Assembly (NCBI RefSeq): GCF_009914755.1
Contig: NC_060947.1
Length of the DNA stretch: 64,000 nucleotides
Source: the human T2T-CHM13v2.0 reference genome, Homo sapiens
Reading direction: 5' to 3' (one strand)
Within the stretch, counting starts at the first letter, position 1. Each line of letters opens with the position of its first letter. Below the pieces are notes generated by a model, which did not search any database, was not told where the DNA came from, and was given only the letters and a program-made list of their open reading frames with translations. Made by a program: the position numbers and the translations under genes. Positions 26,542 through 42,430 of this stretch are shown here, one piece after another.

Positions 26542-28462
26542 TGTTACAGAATCTTGGGGGTATTGTTTTTCTGGCCAGAAACCTGTGGCCAGTGATGCCT
26601 TTGCCTGAATTTTGCTCAGGCCTGCTGAGCTCGTTCCACCCACACAGCCTGGCAGGCTGCACCCAGCTCATGCTACCGGCCTGGATCTATGCCTCTAAAT
26701 GAAGACTACAAGTCAGGCATGGAGCGGCAAGGGGTGTGTGATCGAGTGTGGGGTCTGGCTACTGCATAGTCACACATGCTGGCATCTGCCACAGGATGGG
26801 CAGCTCCAGGTGCTGGCATGGGTGCTGGCTCCCTGTGAAACTGCAAATAGACCACGCACACTGCAAGCAGCTTCCCCAGCTGGCACCAGGGAGTACAGTG
26901 GCACTCGGAAGCTTGGAGAAGCAAGGAACTGCAGGGCCCCCAAGGAGTCACAGCCCTGGCCTGGGGAGCTCCCAGGTCTTGGCTTGCCAAAGGGCCGCAG
27001 CACTTCTCTCCTTCTCTTTATCCACAACATGGCAAGCAAGGACCATGTTTCAGTCCTGTTTGTGTTACATCTCTTTTAGCCTTGCCATTTGGAAGGTCCC
27101 AAGTACTTGTCCTGTGACCAGGAAAAATAAGGTATGTAGACAAGTGAAGGGTGAGCAAAATGAAGAGGAGCTTTAATTGAGCAATAGAACAGCTCAGTCT
27201 TCCACAGGGGGCAGCTCCTTTTCACAGCCAGGGTGTTCCATTAAGTGTTCAGCTCCTAGCAGAGAGGGTAGCTCCTCTTTGTAGGTTGGTCATTACAAGT
27301 TTTCACTCCCAGCAGAGAGGGTATCCCCTTTCTGCAGCTGGTTGTCTGATCCTCTGTTCTGCTCAGGCTGAGCCCAGGACTTTTATGGAACTCAGAGGGG
27401 AGGAAGTGTGCACTGATTCGTCCATAGTCAGCCATGGGTGCACCTGAAAAAGGCACCACAATCTTCCACTCAGGTACACAGGACAGGCAGCCCAGGCCCC
27501 AGCCTTCATGTCCTCCCTGGCCTGAATGTGGGGCCTTACCAGGGACTCAACCACTTCCACCCAGGAGCCTGTCTTCCTCCTGACACTGTCCATGGTGCCC
27601 AGGCTGTTCGCGCCAAGTGGCACATGCAGGCCAGCGCTGAGCTGCCATCAACACCATTCCTCAGTTTCCCCGCCATGCTCATTGGTGCCCAAAGTCTAGA
27701 GGTGGCCAAGGCAGCAGGGGACTGACATGTCAGTGATGCCCCACACATGCACATACCTGCCTGGGCTGTAACACTGCCTGAGCTTGGCCCCAAACCTGCT
27801 CCAAGTTTGGAGTAGGCACTGAGAGCAGGGAGAAGCCAGGCAGCAGTAGCAGAAATCCCAAAGCCTGTCGGGGCAGAGGGATCTTCCCAGGACCCCAAGG
27901 GTGTAGAGTCCAGAGACAGCCGGGTCCTGTACCTTGGAGGGCAGGGCTCTAATCTGCTCCATGGGGGATGCAGGCAGCCCTGGCCATGCCTCCTCGCAGC
28001 CTGGGATGGGGGCTCTGGATCCTTGCTGGGTGCCTCTCTGTCCACCCCTCATGCCTGACCTCTCTGCTCCCCCTCCAGTGGGATGCTCAACCCAACCCCA
28101 CTGTGGCAACCCCCAGGGAGATGGGCTCTCTGGTGGCTCCCACTCCTCTCTGGCTCCTGCTGGCTCTGTGGAGTGCAGCACTGCTCCCGGCAGAGCTCTG
28201 CCTCTTCCCCCTACCCTCCCCGAAGCAGCGCTGAGCGAGAATGGCAACGCAGGGCTGAATTTGGAGCAGCGGAGACTCCAGACCTGGGAGCTGGTCCCAC
28301 CCAGCCACTCATGGCAGTCGGCTGCCTTGGAATCGCGGGGCAGAGGGAACCCACCGCCACCATTGCTGCTCTCGCAGCCACCACTGCCGTCACTGCCTGC
28401 ATCTCCTTGCTTCAGCCAGCATGACGACAGTGGCCTTTCCGGGTGGCCCGCTACCGCCATCT
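26542..28462 (-). mobile_element. MER52 (A/D-like) long GC-rich 5' LTR, about 1.9 kb
   Basis: Plus strand begins 'tgttacagaatcttgggggtattgtttttctggccagaaacc' and ends 'ccgctaccgccatc', the reverse complements of the MER52 termini. Confidence 0.88.
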
Positions 28463-31400
28463 TGATAGTTAGCCAGTTATCTCCGCACTATTTATTGAAT
28501 AGAAAGTCCTTTCACTATTGCTTGTTATTATCAGCTTTGTCAAAGATCTGATGACTGTTAAGTGTGCAGCTGTATTTTTGGTTTCTCTGACCTGTTCCAT
28601 TGGTCTGTGTCTGGTTTTGTACCAGTACCATACTGTTTTGATTACTGTAGACTTATAGTGTAGCATGAAGTCAGGTAGTGTTAATTCTTTTGGCTTTGTT
28701 TTTATTTACTTCGGAATCCTTTGGCTATTAGGGCTCTTTTTAGTTTTGCATAAATTTTAGAATAGTTTTATTTTTCTATTTCTGTGAAGAATATCATTGG
28801 TAGTTCGATAAGAATAACGTTGAATTTGTAAATTGCTGAGGGTAGTATGGCCATTGTAATGATATACATTTTTCTTATCCACAAGCTTGGAATATTTTTC
28901 CATTTGTTTGTGTTATCTCTGATTTCTTTCAGCAGTGTTTTGTAATTCTCATTGTAGTTATCTTTCACCTCCCAGGTTAGCTGTTTTCCTAGGTATTTTA
29001 TTCATTTTTTGTCTATTGCAAATGGCATTGCATTCTTGATTGGTCTTTCAGTTTGGAAGTTTTTGGTGTATACAAATGCTACTGATAGATTAATCTAATT
29101 TCATAGATTAATTGTGCATCATGAAGCTTTACAGAAGTTTGTTTTGTTTTTGTTTTTTGTGGCTCACTGCAATCTTCTCCTCCCGGGTTCAAGCGCTTCT
29201 TGTGTCTCAGCCTCCCAAGTAGCGGAAACTACAGACACCTGCCACCATGCCCGACTAATTCATGTATTTTTAGTAGAGAGAGGGTTTCAGCATGTTGGCC
29301 AGGTTGGTCTCAAACTCCTGACATCAAGTGATCTACCCACCTTTTCTTCCCAAAGTGCTGAGATTGGAGGCATGAGCCACTGTTTCTGGCCTGAAGTTTG
29401 TTTTGTTTTTATTCAATTCTATGAGCCTTTGGGCAAAGACGATCAGGTTTTTTAGGTATCTAACCATCTCATGCATGAAAAGAGATAGTTTTGCTTCCTG
29501 TCTTCCCACTCGGGTGCTTTTTGTTTATTTCTTCTTACTGATTGCTCTGGTAGGAATTTTAGTGCAATATTTAATAGGAGTGGTTACAGTGGACGTCTTC
29601 GTCTTTTTTTTTTTTTTTTTTTTTGGTTCTCAAGAGGCAATACTTCAGGCTTTTGCCAATTCAGTGTAATGTTGGCTTTGGGTTTGTCATAGATGGCTCT
29701 TTTCATTTTAAGGTACGTTCCTTAAATGCCTAGATTCTTGATGACTTTTAACATGAAAAGATGTTTAGTCTTATCAAAAGCATTTTTGCATCTATTCAGA
29801 TTATCACGTGTTGTTTTTAGTTATCTTAATGTGATGAATCCCATTTATTAATTTGCATATTTTAAACCAACCTTGCATCTCAGACATAAAGCCTACTTTA
29901 TCATGGTGGATTAGCTTTTTGGTATGATGCTGGATGCAGTTTGCCAATATTTTGTAAAGAATTTTTGCGTCTATACTTATTAGAGATATTGACCTGAAAT
30001 TTTCTTTTGTGTGTGTGTTTTTGCCAGGTTTTTATATCAGAATGATGCTAGACTTATGGAATAAGTTAGGAATGAGTCCCTCCTTCTCAGTTTTTGGAAT
30101 AGAATAAGTAGAAATAGTACCTTTTTATATACATCTGGTAGTATTTGACTGTGAATCCATCTGGATCTGGGCTTTTTCTGGTTGTTAGGCTTTTTCTTAC
30201 TAATTCAATTTAAGAGCTCAATGTTGGTCTCTTCAGAAATTCAATTTCTTCCTGGTTCAATTTTGGGAGGTAGCAATTTTCCTGGAATTTATCCATTTCA
30301 TGTAGGTTTTCTAGTTTTTATGCATAGAGGTATTCATAACAGTATCTGAGGATTTCTGTATTTGGGGTACGGATAGTGATAATGTCCTCTTTGTGATTTC
30401 TGATGGTGTTCTTTTGGATCTTCTCTCTTTTTTTTTTTTGTCTAGCTGGTGACTTTTCAATTTCATTTATTCCTTCAAAGGACATACTTTTGTTTCATTT
30501 GATCTTTTTTTTTTAAATTTTCACATCTCAATTTTATTCAGGTCAGCTGGTTGAAATTTCAAATCAGAGGTGAAATGAATGAAATTTGAATGTGAAACAT
30601 CAAACCATCCACAAAACTAGCAAGATAAATGAAATTTCACAATAAATAAAATTTCAGAGAAATAATATTTCTTGAAGAAGAAATTTCAGAAGAAAATTTC
30701 AGAAGAAATTTTATTTCTCCTGCTAGCTTTGTGGATAGTTTCCTTTGTTTTTTTTTTTTTTTGTTTGTTCCTCTAGGTCTGATGTTAAGCTGTTAATTGG
30801 AGATATTTCTGCCTTTTTTGTGGGTGTTTTGTATTATTAACTTTCCTCTTAAGACTGCACTAGGTGTATCCCAAAGATGCTGGTATGTGGTATCTTTGTT
30901 TTCATTAATGACAAATAATTTCTTGATTTCTGCCTTAATTTCATTTTTTACTCCCAAATCATTTAGAAGTAGGTTTTTCATTTTTTATGTTATTGTATAA
31001 TTTTAAGAGATCTTCTTTGTATTAATTTAGATTTGTATTGCGCTGTGTGGTCCAAGAGTGTTGTTTGCATGGTTTTTAAAAATTTTTTGAGAATTGCTTT
31101 ATTGCTGACCATGTGGTCAATCTTAGATTATATGCCAATGTGGAGATGAGAAGAATGCATATTCTGTTGTTGGGTGCAAAGTCCTATAGATGTATGCTAG
31201 GTCAATTTGGTCAAATGTTGAGTTCAGGTCTCAGATACCTTCATTAGTTTTCTGCCTTGTCGATTTGTCTAACACTGTCAGTGAGGTGTTGAAATCTTCC
31301 ACTATCATTGGGTTGGTATCTATGTCTCCTTATATGTCTCTAGAAACTAGTTTTATTGAATCTGGGTGCTCTAAGGTTGGGTTCATATATATTAACGATA

Positions 31401-33046
31401 GCTAAGTCATCTCATTAAATTGAACCTTTTGTTATTATGTAATGCCCTTCTTTGTTGTTCTTGATTGCTGTTGGTTTAAAGTGTGCTTTCTCTTAAATTA
31501 AAATAGCTATCCCTGCTCCCTTTTGTTTTCTGTTTGCTTGAGATATCTTTCTCCATCATACTACCTTTAAATAAACTATGGGTATCATTGCAAGGTGGAT
31601 GGATTTCTTCAATATAGCATACAGTTGGGTCTTACTTATTTTTTCAGCTTGTGACTCTTTTTTTTATTATTGGAACATTTAGCTTATTTATGTTTAAGGT
31701 TAATATTGATACCTGAAAATTTCATCTTGTCATTGTGTCGTTTGCTGGTTGTTATGCAGACTTGATTGCATAGTTGTTGTATATGGTGTCAGCGGGCTAT
31801 ATCCTTAAGTATGTTTTATTGTTGCCAATACTTACCATTCATTTCCACATTTAGCTCTCTCTTAAGGATCTTTTGTAAGGCCCATCTGGTGGTAACAACT
31901 TTTTAATGTTTACTTGCCTAAAAAATAATTTATTTCTCCTTCCTTTATGAATCTTAGTTTACCTGAACATGAAATTCTTCACTGAAATTTTTTTAAGAAT
32001 GCTAAACATAGGCCCCCTTTGTCTTCTGCTTTGTTGGTTTTCTGCTAAAAGGTCTATTCTTAGCCTTATGGGGTTTCCTTTGTAGGTGTCATGTCCATTC
32101 TCCTTAGCTGCCTTTAACTTTTGTTTCATGTTGACCTTGGAGAATATGATTACGTTACCTGAGGATGGTCTTCCAGTACAGTATCTCACCTAGTTTCTCT
32201 GAATTTTTGGTATTTGCATGTTCACCTCTCTAGTGTGGTTGGAAAAATTTTTGTGGACAATTACTCTAATATGTTTTCCAAATGGCTTGCTCTCTCTCCC
32301 TCTTTTTCTGGTATGCCAATGTGTTATAGGTCTAGTCTCCTTATGTAATCCCATAATTCTGAGAGGTTTTGTTCATTTTTAATTTTTTAAAATTATTTTT
32401 GTCTGGCTGACTTGATACACGGATCAGTCTTTGAGCTTTAAGGTTCTTTTCTCAGCTTGATTTATTCTGCTGTTAATAACTTGTGCTTGTATTATGAAAT
32501 TTTTGTAGTAATTTTTTTTAGCTCTAGAAGATCAGTTTGGTTGTTTCTTAAAATTTTTTTTTTTATTTTGCAACTCTTGTATCACTTTATGACATTCCTT
32601 ATATTTCTTAAATTAGGTTTTAATTTTCTCCTAAGTATCTTTGATCTTCATTATTATCCAGATTCTGAATTCTATGTCTGTCATTCCAGCCATTTTAGTC
32701 TAGTTAAGAAACATTTCTAGGGAGCTAGTCCAGTCATTTGAAGGTAAAACACCCTGGGTTTTAGAGTTGCCAGACTTCTTGCACTGGTCTCATCTGCTTG
32801 GGTGGGTGTTCCTTTCATCTTTGAAGTTGCTGTCCTTCAGTTGGGGATTTTTGATTGTATATTCTTTGAGGCCCTTGAGGTCTTGATTGTAATTTAAGTT
32901 GGGTTTAGTTGATTGTCTATTTCTGGATGATTTCAGGCAGCCAAGCCTCAGTTGAGGACTCCTGGAGTTTGTCCTCCAACTCGGGGGTGGGGATGGTCTG
33001 GCACAAAACCCTTGGCTTTTTACTCTGGCCTTCAAGGTTAAGAATC
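28463..33046 (-). mobile_element. L1PA16-like body (ORF2, ORF1)
   Basis: Minus-strand ORFs '[14 protein letters not shown]', '[22 protein letters not shown]', '[19 protein letters not shown]' and ORF1 'TYKGNPIRL'. Confidence 0.9.
29150..29391 (-). mobile_element. AluS lacking about 50 bp next to the tail
   Basis: The T-rich tail abuts 'ggctcactgcaa'. TSD-like gaagtttgttttgtttt on both sides. Confidence 0.9.
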
Positions 33047-35120
33047 AAATGGTGCTGGAAGTCCTAGCCAGAGCAATCAGACAAGAGAAAGAAATAAAGT
33101 GAATCCAAATCAGTAAAGAGGAAGTCTAACTGTCACTGTTTGCTGATGATGTGATCATATAACTAAAAAACCCTAAAGACTGATCCAAAAAGCTCCTAGA
33201 ACTAATAAATGAATTCAGCAAAGTTTCAGGATACAAAATTAATGTACATAAACCAGTTACTCTGTTACATACCAAGAGCAACCAAACTGAGAATCAAATC
33301 CAGAACTCGATCCCCTTTACAATAGCTGCACAAAAATAAATAAATAAATAAATAAAATCCTTAAGAATACACCTAACCAAGGAGGTGAATGACCTCTAAA
33401 GGAAAACTACAAAACACTGCTGAAATAAATCATAGATGACACAAACAAATGGAAACACATCCCATGCTCATGGATGGGTAGAATCAATGTTGTGAAAATG
33501 ACCATGTGGCCAAAAGCAATCTAAAAATTCAATGAAATTTCCACTAAAATACCACCATCGTTCTTCACAGAACTAGAAAAGGCACTTCTAAAATTCATAT
33601 GAAATAAACAAACAAAGAGCCCACATAGCCAATGCAAGACTAAGCATAAAGAACAAATTTGGAGGTATCACATTACCTGAAGTCAAACTATACTAAAAGG
33701 CCATAGTCACCAAAACAGCATGGTAGTGGTATAAAAATAGGCACATTGACCAATGTAACAGAATAGAGAACCCAGAAATATACCCAAACACTTAAAGCAA
33801 CCTGATCCTCGACAAAGCAAACAGAAAAACAAAGTGGGGAAAGGACACTCTATTCAACACATGGTACTTGGATAATTCACAAGCCACATGTAGAAGAATG
33901 AAACTGGATCCTTATCTTTCAACTTACACAAAAATCAACTCAAGACGGATCAAGAACTTAAATATATGACCTAAAACCATAAAAATTCGAGAAGATAATA
34001 TCCAAAAAACTCTTCTAGACATTGGCTTAGGCAAAGGCTTCATGACCTAGAACCCAAAAGCAAATGTAACAAAACAATGATAAATAGGTGATTTAATTAT
34101 ACTAAAAAGTTTCTGCACAGCAAAAGAAACAATCAGCAGGGTAAACAGAAAACCCACAGAGTGGAACAAAATCTTCACAATCTATACATCTGACAAAGGA
34201 CTAATATCCAAAATCTACAAGGAACTTGAACAAATTAGCAAGATAAAAAACAGACAATCCCATCAAAAAATGGGCTAAGTACATGAATCAACAATTCTCA
34301 AAAGAAGATACACCAACAAACAAAATGTTCAACATTACTAATGATCAGGGAACTACAAATCAAAACCTCAATGCAATGCCACCTTATTCCTGCAAGAAGG
34401 GCCATAATCAAAAATCAAAAAATAATAGATGTTGACAGGGATGCAGTGAAAAGGGAACACTTTTACACTGCTGGTGGGAATGTAAACTAGCACAACCACT
34501 ATGGAAAGGAGTGTGAAGTTTCCTTAAAGAATTAAAAGTAGAACTACAATTTGATACAGCAATACCACCACTGCCTATCTACCCAGAGGAAAAGAAGTAA
34601 TTATACAAAAAAGATACTTGCACACACATGTTTATAGCAGCACAATTCGCAATTGCCAAAATATGGAACTAGCCCAAATGCCCATCAGTCAATGAGAGGA
34701 TGCAGAAATTGTGATATATGTATAGGAATGATGGAATACTATTCAGCCATACAAGAAAGGAAATAATGGCATTCACAGCAAACTGGATAGAGTTGGAGAC
34801 CATTATTCTAAGTGAAGTAACTCAGGAATGGAAAACCAAACATTGTATGTTCTCATTCTTAAGTAGGAGCTATGTTATGAGGATGCAAAGGCATAACAAT
34901 GATGCAATGGACTTTGGGTACTCAGGGGAAATTGTGGGAGCATAGTGAGAGATAACAGACTACAAATTGGATACAGTGTATACTGCTCAGGTGATGGGTG
35001 CACCAAATGTTAGAAATCACCACTAAAGAGCTTATGTAAACAAACACCACTTGTTCCCCCAACACCTATGGAAATAAAAATAAAATAAATAAAATAAAAT
35101 AAAATAAAATAAATGTTTAA
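33047..35120 (+). mobile_element. L1PB1-like 5'-truncated element with (AAAAT)n tail
   Basis: ORF2 3' half, then 3'UTR 'gaggatgcaaaggcataacaatgatgcaatggactttggg...gaaatcaccactaaag', then the tail. Confidence 0.9.
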
Positions 35121-36056
35121 AATAATCTATTATGCTGGAGGGGTAGATGTGTTACCAGTCCATGGGCAAGAACACTCTAATGAGGAATACTGGCAAAAAT
35201 GCTTTAGCGGGTGTGTGGTCGGTGGCAGAGGTTTACATGTGTGGATGCACCAGTGGTGGTAGGTGGCCATGGGTCCATGCTCATACTGATGAAGCAGTAG
35301 TTTACAGTTGTGGGTGACTACATGCCAATGGAGGAGGGCTGAATGCAGCTGCTCATCAGCAGGGGCTCAAATGCAGAAACTTTCTCTTAGGCAGGGTATT
35401 TCAGCAAAAGAGCTATGGTAGTGGCCACTAGAAAGCACCTTGGCTTGGTAGCAGAGGCTACACAAGTTTGGTCCTGTGGGGACCCTGGTATAGACCAGCT
35501 GAACAGGGTGTGTGCTCAGGTCAGACTGGCCCCCTCCCACAGGCAAGATAGCTCTTCTCTGTCTATGTCTTGCATCCAACAAATGCTAAAGCCACCTAGA
35601 GAAGCATGGTGAGTCTTCGGGGATGGGCACCCAGGCCATGCTCCACAGCAGGCATTTTCATGCCAAACACTCTGGGATCCTTGCACACTAGAGTTCTGCC
35701 CCTGCCCACTCTCCAGACAGTTCCCCCCACCAGGTGTAGTGTCCATGGAGATTAAAGGGTTTCTTGCAGCTAAGATTCTGGAGGACCAAGGTGATAGTGG
35801 GCAATCCTTCTGACCTATTTTACTCACTCTTTTCCCCAGCATCTTCTCAGGGCCAGAAACAGAACCTGGTGTATGGCAAACATGTGCATGCTTCCCAGGT
35901 TTCTCTCCTTCCAGCCTGGGGTTTGCAAACTCCCTCCCTCTACTCTCAATGACTTTTTTTGAAGAATTTTTTCAGAGTATGCCAGTCGACTTCATGGTCT
36001 GTTCTCTCTCGGTGGAATAATCTCTTCCTGGCTGCATCTAGTTTCTTATCATGGCT
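35121..36056 (-). mobile_element. L1PA15/16-type 5'UTR (5' end of the element whose 3' end lies at 12260)
   Basis: GC-richer segment ending 'tcttcctggctgcatctagt', the reverse complement of the 'actagatgcagccaggaaga' L1PA15-16 5' start. Confidence 0.7.
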
Positions 36057-37422
36057 TTTTTTTTTTTTTTAATTATTTTAAGTTCTGGGATGCATGTGCA
36101 AGAGGTGCAGGTTTGTTACATAGGTAAATGTGTGCAATAGTGGTTTGCAGCACCTATCAACCCATCACCTAGGTATTAAGCCCCACATGCATTAGCCATT
36201 TATCCTGATGCTCTCACTCCCCCTGCCCCCCTGACAGGCCCTAGTGTGTGTTGTTCCCCTCCCTGTGTCCATGTGTTCTCATTGTTCAGCTCCCAGTTAT
36301 AAGTAAGAACATGTAGTGTTTGGTTTTTTGCTCCTGTTTTAGTTTGCTGAGGATAGTGGCTTCCAGCTCCATCCATGTCCCTGCAAAAGACATGATCTCA
36401 TTCTTTTTATGGCTGCATAGTATTCCATGGTGTATATGTACCACATTTCCTTTATCCAGTTTATCATTGACGGGCATTCGGGTTGATTCCATGTCTTTGC
36501 TATTGTGAAAAGTGCTGCAATCAACATACACATGCAAGTATCTTTATAATAGAATAATTTATAGTCCTTTGGGTATAAAACCAGTAGTGGAATTGCTGGG
36601 TCAAATGGTATTTCTGGCTCTGGGTCCTTGAAGAATCGCCACACCGTCTTCCACAATGGTTGAACTAATTTACTTTCCTACCAACAATTTAAAAGCATTC
36701 CTATTTCTGCACAGCCTAGCCAGCATATGTTGTTTTTTGGCTTTTTAATAATCACCATTCTTACTGGCATGAGATTGTATCTCATTGTGGTTTTGATTTG
36801 CATTTCTCTAATAATCAGTGATGTTGAGCTTTTTTCCATATGTTTGTTGGCTGGATAAATATCTTCTTTTGAGAAGTGTTTGTTTATGTCCTTTGCCCAG
36901 TTTTTTAATGAGGCTGTTTGTCTTTCTCTTGTAAATTTAAGTTCCTTGTAGATTCTGAGTATTAGACCTTTGGCAGATGGATAGATTGCAAACATTTTCT
37001 CCCATTGTGTGAGTTATCTTTCACTCTGATGATAGCTTCTTTTGCGATGAAGAAGCTCTTTAATTATATCTTATTTGTCAATTTTTACTTTCATTGCAAT
37101 TGCTTTTGATGTTTGTGTCATGAAATCTTTGCCCGTGCCTATGTACTGAATGGTATTGCCTAGATTTTCTTCCAGGGTTTTCTAGTTTTGGGTTCTACAT
37201 TTAAGTCTTTAATCCATCTTGGGTTAATTTTTGTATAAGGTGTAGGGAAGGGGTCCAGTTTCAATTTTCTGCATGTGGCTAGCCAGTTTACCCTGTACCA
37301 TTTATTAAATAGGGAATACATTCCCCATTTCTTGTTTTTGTCAGGTTCATTGAAGATCAGATGGGTTGTAGACACACAGGTCAATGGAACAGAATAAAGC
37401 TCTCAGAAATAAGAGAACCATC
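36057..37422 (-). mobile_element. L1PA10-like 3' fragment with short 5' inversion
   Basis: Poly(T), then 3'UTR 'cacctatcaacccatcacctaggtattaagcccc'. TSD tatcatggct at 36047-36056 and 37423-37432. Confidence 0.9.
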
Positions 37423-37434
37423 TATCATGGCTCT

Positions 37435-40010
<2,576 letters not shown>

Positions 40011-40015
40011 GTGAC

Positions 40016-41301
40016 AAAAGGGAATTTTGTAAAGTTCATAAAAAATTTGACTTCACAGATAAAAATTAAAAATAAAAACTGTATTTCTTAACATAAACTT
40101 CATCAACTACAAGACATTTGTGTAAATAATCACACAAGCCACTTAGTTTTTCCTTATATAATTGAGGGTCCTGGGAATTTAACCAAGTCAATGAAGTATT
40201 TATCACGTTATTTCCTGAAGAAAAAAGAGAGCCCTTTAAAGACTTTTCAAGACTGGGAAAGAAAAAGATGGTAGAAGGAGCCAAATCAGAACTGTAAGGT
40301 GTATGCTTAATGATTTCCCTTTGAAACTTACACAAAATTACCCTTGCTTAATAAGAAAAATGACCAGGATCATTGTCACAGTAGAGGATGACTCCCTGGT
40401 TAAAGCTTTCATAGAAAATTCTTCTGCTAAAGCTTTCGCTAATTTTCTCAAAACATTCCTATAATAAGCAGATGTTATCATTGTTTGGCCCTTTAGAAAG
40501 TCAGCAGGCAAACTGCCTTGAGGATTACCAAAAAAGTGTGACCATAATGTTTGTTCTTGACTGGTCTGCTTTTGCTTCAACCAGACCATGTCCTCTTCTC
40601 AGTAGTCTTTATGTTGATTGTATTTTGTCTTCAGTATAGTACTGGTAAAGAAGTGTTTCAGTTTTATCGCTTGCTATAACTCTTTCAAGAAGTGCTTTAG
40701 GATCTTAACCTCACTTGTTTAAAATTTCCATTAAAAGCTCTGCTTTTTTGTCTGCAACTGATTTGGGTGCAATGGTTTTGGCAATTGTCAAATAAAAAGT
40801 TTCCTCAACTTTTATTTTTTAGTCAGAATTGTGTAAGTTTAATGAACTAAGATGTCTATGGTATTGATTACTGTTTTTGCTGTTAATTGCTCATCCTCTT
40901 CAATTACAGTAGAAGCAAGATTAAGTTATTCCTTACAAATTGATGTGAATGGTCTGCTACAGCAGACTTTAACTTTGGTCTCTTCTTAAAATAATTTATT
41001 TATTTGTAAACTGCTACTTATTTGGGCCATTTTATCCATACATTTTTCATAAAGCATCGATGAGATCACCCTTCTTTCACCCAAGCATCACTATAAATTT
41101 GATGTTTGTTCTTGCTTCAATTTTGGAAAAATTCATGTTGCTCTTTTCAAACTGATACATTTTCCTTTTTACTCCTTCAAATCAGATCCCATTCAGAAAT
41201 GTTATAATAAGTAAGTACAAGTTTACTTTGGTGCAAAAATAAAATTTCATAAATACTTTTTCTACAATATGCATTTTTATCAACTTTTTGATGACCCTTT
41301 A
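40016..41301 (-). mobile_element. HSMAR2 mariner transposon, full length, transposase inactivated
   Basis: Degenerate TIRs at both ends (e.g. 'aactttttgatgaccc'). N-terminus MNFSKIEARTNIKF from 41136. C-terminus 'IIKHTPYSSDLAPSTIFFFPSLEKSLKG...TWLNSQDPQ' (YSPDLAP motif). Confidence 0.92.
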
Positions 41302-41489
41302 TATTCCATTTTGTGTGTGTCAAAATTTTATTATCAATTTATTTGTTAATTGACTCCTATGTTACTTCTATATCTTGATTTATTTTTGAAACATGCTTAA
41401 AAACATAACTTATAATAAAGGAAAAAAGAAATAAAAGGCTAGAATGAACATGAGAATGGAGACATATGCTTAAGATACCAATTTTTTTC

Positions 41490-42430
41490 TTTTGACTATA
41501 TACTCAGAAGTCAATACTTTACTTTCAATAACAGACATAATCTCCAGTCAGAAGAGCATATATGGATATGAAAAGTACTATAAACAAATTAAATGTAACA
41601 GACATAGAACATTCCCCAACAACAGCAGAATACACAATTTCCTCAACTGCACATGGAGCATTCTGCAGGATAGATCATATGCAGGCCACAGAAGAAGTCT
41701 TCATCTATTTGAAAATATTAAAATAAATTTTATTACAATAGAATGAAACTAGAAGTTAATGAAAGGGAAAAACTATAAAATTCATACATATGCGGAAATT
41801 AAATTACACACTATTAAACAACAATTGGGTCATTGAAGAAATCACAAAGGAGATTTTTAAATACCAAATGAAAACAAAAAGCAATCTACCAAAACTTATG
41901 AGACAGAAGTAAAGCAGTGTTAAGAGAGATATTTATAGCTGTAAACAGATACAGTGTAAAAGAAGAAAGACCTCAAGTCAATAACCTAAATGTACACTGT
42001 GAAGGAACTAAGAAAAGAAGAGCAAGCTAAATAGAAAGACAGATCAGGGAAAATATAATAAAGATTAGAATGGAGATAAATAAAATTGACAAAGAATAAA
42101 TGGAGAGAAAATGCAATAAAAAGTTTGTTCTGTGAAATGATAAATAAAACTGACAAATTTTTAGTGAGACTGACCAAGAAAAAAAAAAGAAGATCCAAAT
42201 TATTAAAATTAAAATGAAAGAATATTACTAATGGCTTTACAGGAATAAAAAAGATTGTAAGTTCTCACCACAAAATATTGTGACTATGTAAATTATGCCC
42301 ATGTTAATTAGCTTGATTGTGGGATTCATTACACAGGTATATTTATATAAAAAAGCTCCATTGTACACCTTAAATATATCCAAATTTTAAATTGTCAATT
42401 ATACTTCAATAAAAGCAGAAATTAAAAAAT
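41490..42430 (+). mobile_element. Old L1 ORF2 (EN-adjacent) fragment plus L1MA-type 3' tail
   Basis: 'ccaacaacagcagaatacacaatt...tgcaggatagatcatat' and the tail 'gtacaccttaaatatat...tacttcaataaaagc'. Confidence 0.75.

Noticed and set aside
27536-28551. Several 170-254 aa ORFs on both strands and a CpG-island-like appearance
   Set aside because: All lie in the GC-rich MER52 LTR, where stop codons are rare. No recognisable domain.
40066-41136. Domesticated transposase gene (SETMAR-like)
   Set aside because: HSMAR2 rather than HSMAR1, with early stops and frameshifts.
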